DNA from: the human T2T-CHM13v2.0 reference genome, Homo sapiens
DNA: 64,000 nt
Direction: 5' to 3' (one strand)
NCBI RefSeq assembly: GCF_009914755.1
Contig: NC_060933.1
A program made the translations under genes and the position numbers. A model generated the notes under the pieces. That model searched no databases. It saw only the letters and a program-made list of their open reading frames with translations, and was not told the DNA's origin. Positions 62,101 to 64,000 of the stretch are shown here, piece by piece (the stretch's first letter is position 1; the number at the start of each line of letters is the position of its first letter).

Positions 62101-64000
62101 TGGAATGGAATGGAATGGAATATAATCAACCCGAAAGGAATGGAGTGGAATGGAATCAACCCGAGTGGAATGGCATGGAATGGAATGGAAAGGAAAGGAA
62201 TGGAATGGTACGGAATAGAATGGAATGGAACGAAATGGATTGGAATGGATTCAACACAATTGGAATGGAATGCAAAGGAATGGAATCATTCCGAGTGGAA
62301 TAGAAGGGAATGTATTCGAGTGGAATGGAAAGGAATGATATCAAGCCGAATGGAATGGAATGGAATGGAATGGAATGGAATGGAATCAACCCGAATAGAA
62401 TGGAATGGAATGGAGTCAACACGAGTGGAATGGCATTGAATGGAAAGGAATGGAATGGAATGGAATGGTACGGAGTAGAATGGAATGGAACGAAATGGAA
62501 CGGAATAGATTCAACCTAATTGGAATGGAATGGAATGGAATGGAATGGAATGGAATTGTGTGGAACGGATTGGAATGGAATGGAGTGTAAAGGAATTGAA
62601 TAGAATCAACTCGAATGGAATGGAATGCCACGGAATGCAATGAAGTGGAATGCAATGGAATGGAATGGAAAGGTACGGAATAGAATGGAATGGAAAGAAA
62701 TGGAATGGAATGGATTCAACCCAATTGGAATGGAATGGAAGGGAATGGAATGGAATTGTGTGGAATGGAATGGAATCGAATGCAGTGTAAAGAACTGAAT
62801 AGAATCAACCCGAATGGAATGGAATGGAATGGAAGGAATGGAATGCAATGGAATGGAATGGAATGGACTCAACTCGAGTGGAATGGAATGGTATGGAATG
62901 GATTGGAATGGAATGCAATGGAATGGAGTGGAATCATTCCGAGTGGAATGGAAGGGTATGTAATCGAGTGGAATGGAAAGGAATGGAATCAACCCGAGTG
63001 GAATGGAAGGGAATGGAATGGAAGGGAAAGGAATAGAATGGAATCAACCCGAGTGGAATGGAATGGAATGGAACGGAATGGAATGAAATGCAATCAACCC
63101 GAGTAGAGTGGAGTGGTATGGAATCGAATGGAATTGAATGTACAGCAATGAAATGAAGCTAAATGGAACGGATTGGAAAGTAATGGAATGGAATGCAACC
63201 TAGTGGAATGGAATGGAATGCAGTGGAATGGAATGGTATGCAATGGAATGGTATGAAATGGAATGGAATGGAATGAAATGGAATGGAATGCAAAGTAATC
63301 AACCCTAGTACAATGGAATGGAATGGAAAGGAATGGAATGGAATGGAATGGAATGGAATGGAATCAACCCCAGTGGAATGGATTAGAATGGAATGGAATG
63401 GAATGGAATGGAATGGAATGGAATCAACCCGAGTGGAGTGCAGTGGAATGGAATCAAATTGGATGTAGTGGAAAGCAATGAAATGGAATTGAATGGAATG
63501 GATTGGAATGTAATGGAATGGAATCAAACCTAGTGCAATGGACTGGAATTGAATGGAATGGAATGGAATGGAACGGAATGGAATGGAATGGAATGGAATC
63601 AACCCGAGTGGAATGGAATAGAAAGGAATGGAATGGAATGGAATGGAATGGAATGGAATGGAATGGAATGGAATCAACCTGATTGGAATGGAAGGGAATG
63701 GAATGCAATGGAATGTAACAGAATAGAATGGATCGAAATGGAATGGAATGGAATCAACCCGATTGGAATGGAATGGAATGGAATGAAATGGAACGGAATA
63801 GAGTGGAATGGATCGAAATGGAATGGAATGGAATCAACCCGATTGGAATGGAATGGAATGGAATGGAAGGGAAAGGAATAGAATGGAATCAACCCGAGTG
63901 GAATGGAATGGACTCAACTGGAGTGGAATGGAATGGTATGGAATGGATTGGAATGGAATGCAATGGAACGGAATGGAATCATTCCGAGTGGAATGGAAGG
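49190..64000 (+). repeat. ~11.34 kb offset duplication (about 49190-52650 vs 60530-64000; second copy runs off the window)
   Basis: Paired private variants: GGGTATGTAA 51611/~62955, TTGGATGTAG 52111/~63459, TGTAACAGAA 52361/~63715, TCAACTGGAG 52561/~63913. Identical ORF translations recur at offsets of 11338-11343 (e.g. 49733/61071, 50618/61956, 51073/62416). Confidence 0.9.
56270..60500 (+). repeat. ~2.44-2.47 kb offset duplication (about 56270-58060 vs 58740-60500)
   Basis: Paired variants: TTCAAGCTAA 57321/~59769, GGTATGGTAAGG 57991/~60429, GGAAGGGTTTCAACC 58031/~60469. ORFs 57645 and 60083 are identical (offset 2438). Confidence 0.88.

Larger units (their letters stand above)
39000..64000 (+). 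repeat. Homogeneous HSat3 sub-domain with a ~2.0-2.1 kb higher-order repeat unit
   Basis: The marker GTACAGCAATGAAATG(C/G/A)AGCTAAAT (position of the C of CAGCAATG) lies at 39609, 41712, 43740, 47669, 49782, 51800, 53908, 55826, 61120 and 63143. Adjacent-unit spacings are 2103, 2028, 2113, 2018, 2108, 1918 and 2023 bp. Confidence 0.9.

Overview
Primate (human or great-ape type) heterochromatin with no intact gene. The layout has four parts. (1) Satellite III (HSat3), (GGAAT)n with in-register CAACCCGAGT 10-mers, at 1-11067. (2) About 11.65 kb of 68-bp beta satellite at 11064-22717. (3) The only non-satellite DNA, a ~325-bp minus-strand DUX4-like (D4Z4-derived) pseudogene fragment at 22718-23042, covering the 5' leader and homeobox 1 up to WFQNER. 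It is disabled by ATG>GTG, a frameshift, stop codons and truncation at both ends, and the ORF track misses it. (4) HSat3 on the same strand at 23041-64000, grading from an old, diverged layer into a young ~2.0-2.1 kb higher-order unit overlaid by ~8.07, ~2.45 and ~11.34 kb duplications. The left HSat3/beta junction has 4-bp microhomology, and the beta/DUX junction sits at the end of a perfect 16-bp palindrome. Essentially all listed ORFs (MEWNG/IPFHS repeats and beta-satellite peptides) are translation artefacts. The association of D4Z4-like sequence with beta satellite and HSat3 is an already known arrangement, and I cannot support a new functional system from this sequence. Comparisons to DUX4/DUX5 are from memory and need a real alignment. 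Species and chromosome cannot be fixed from the window alone.
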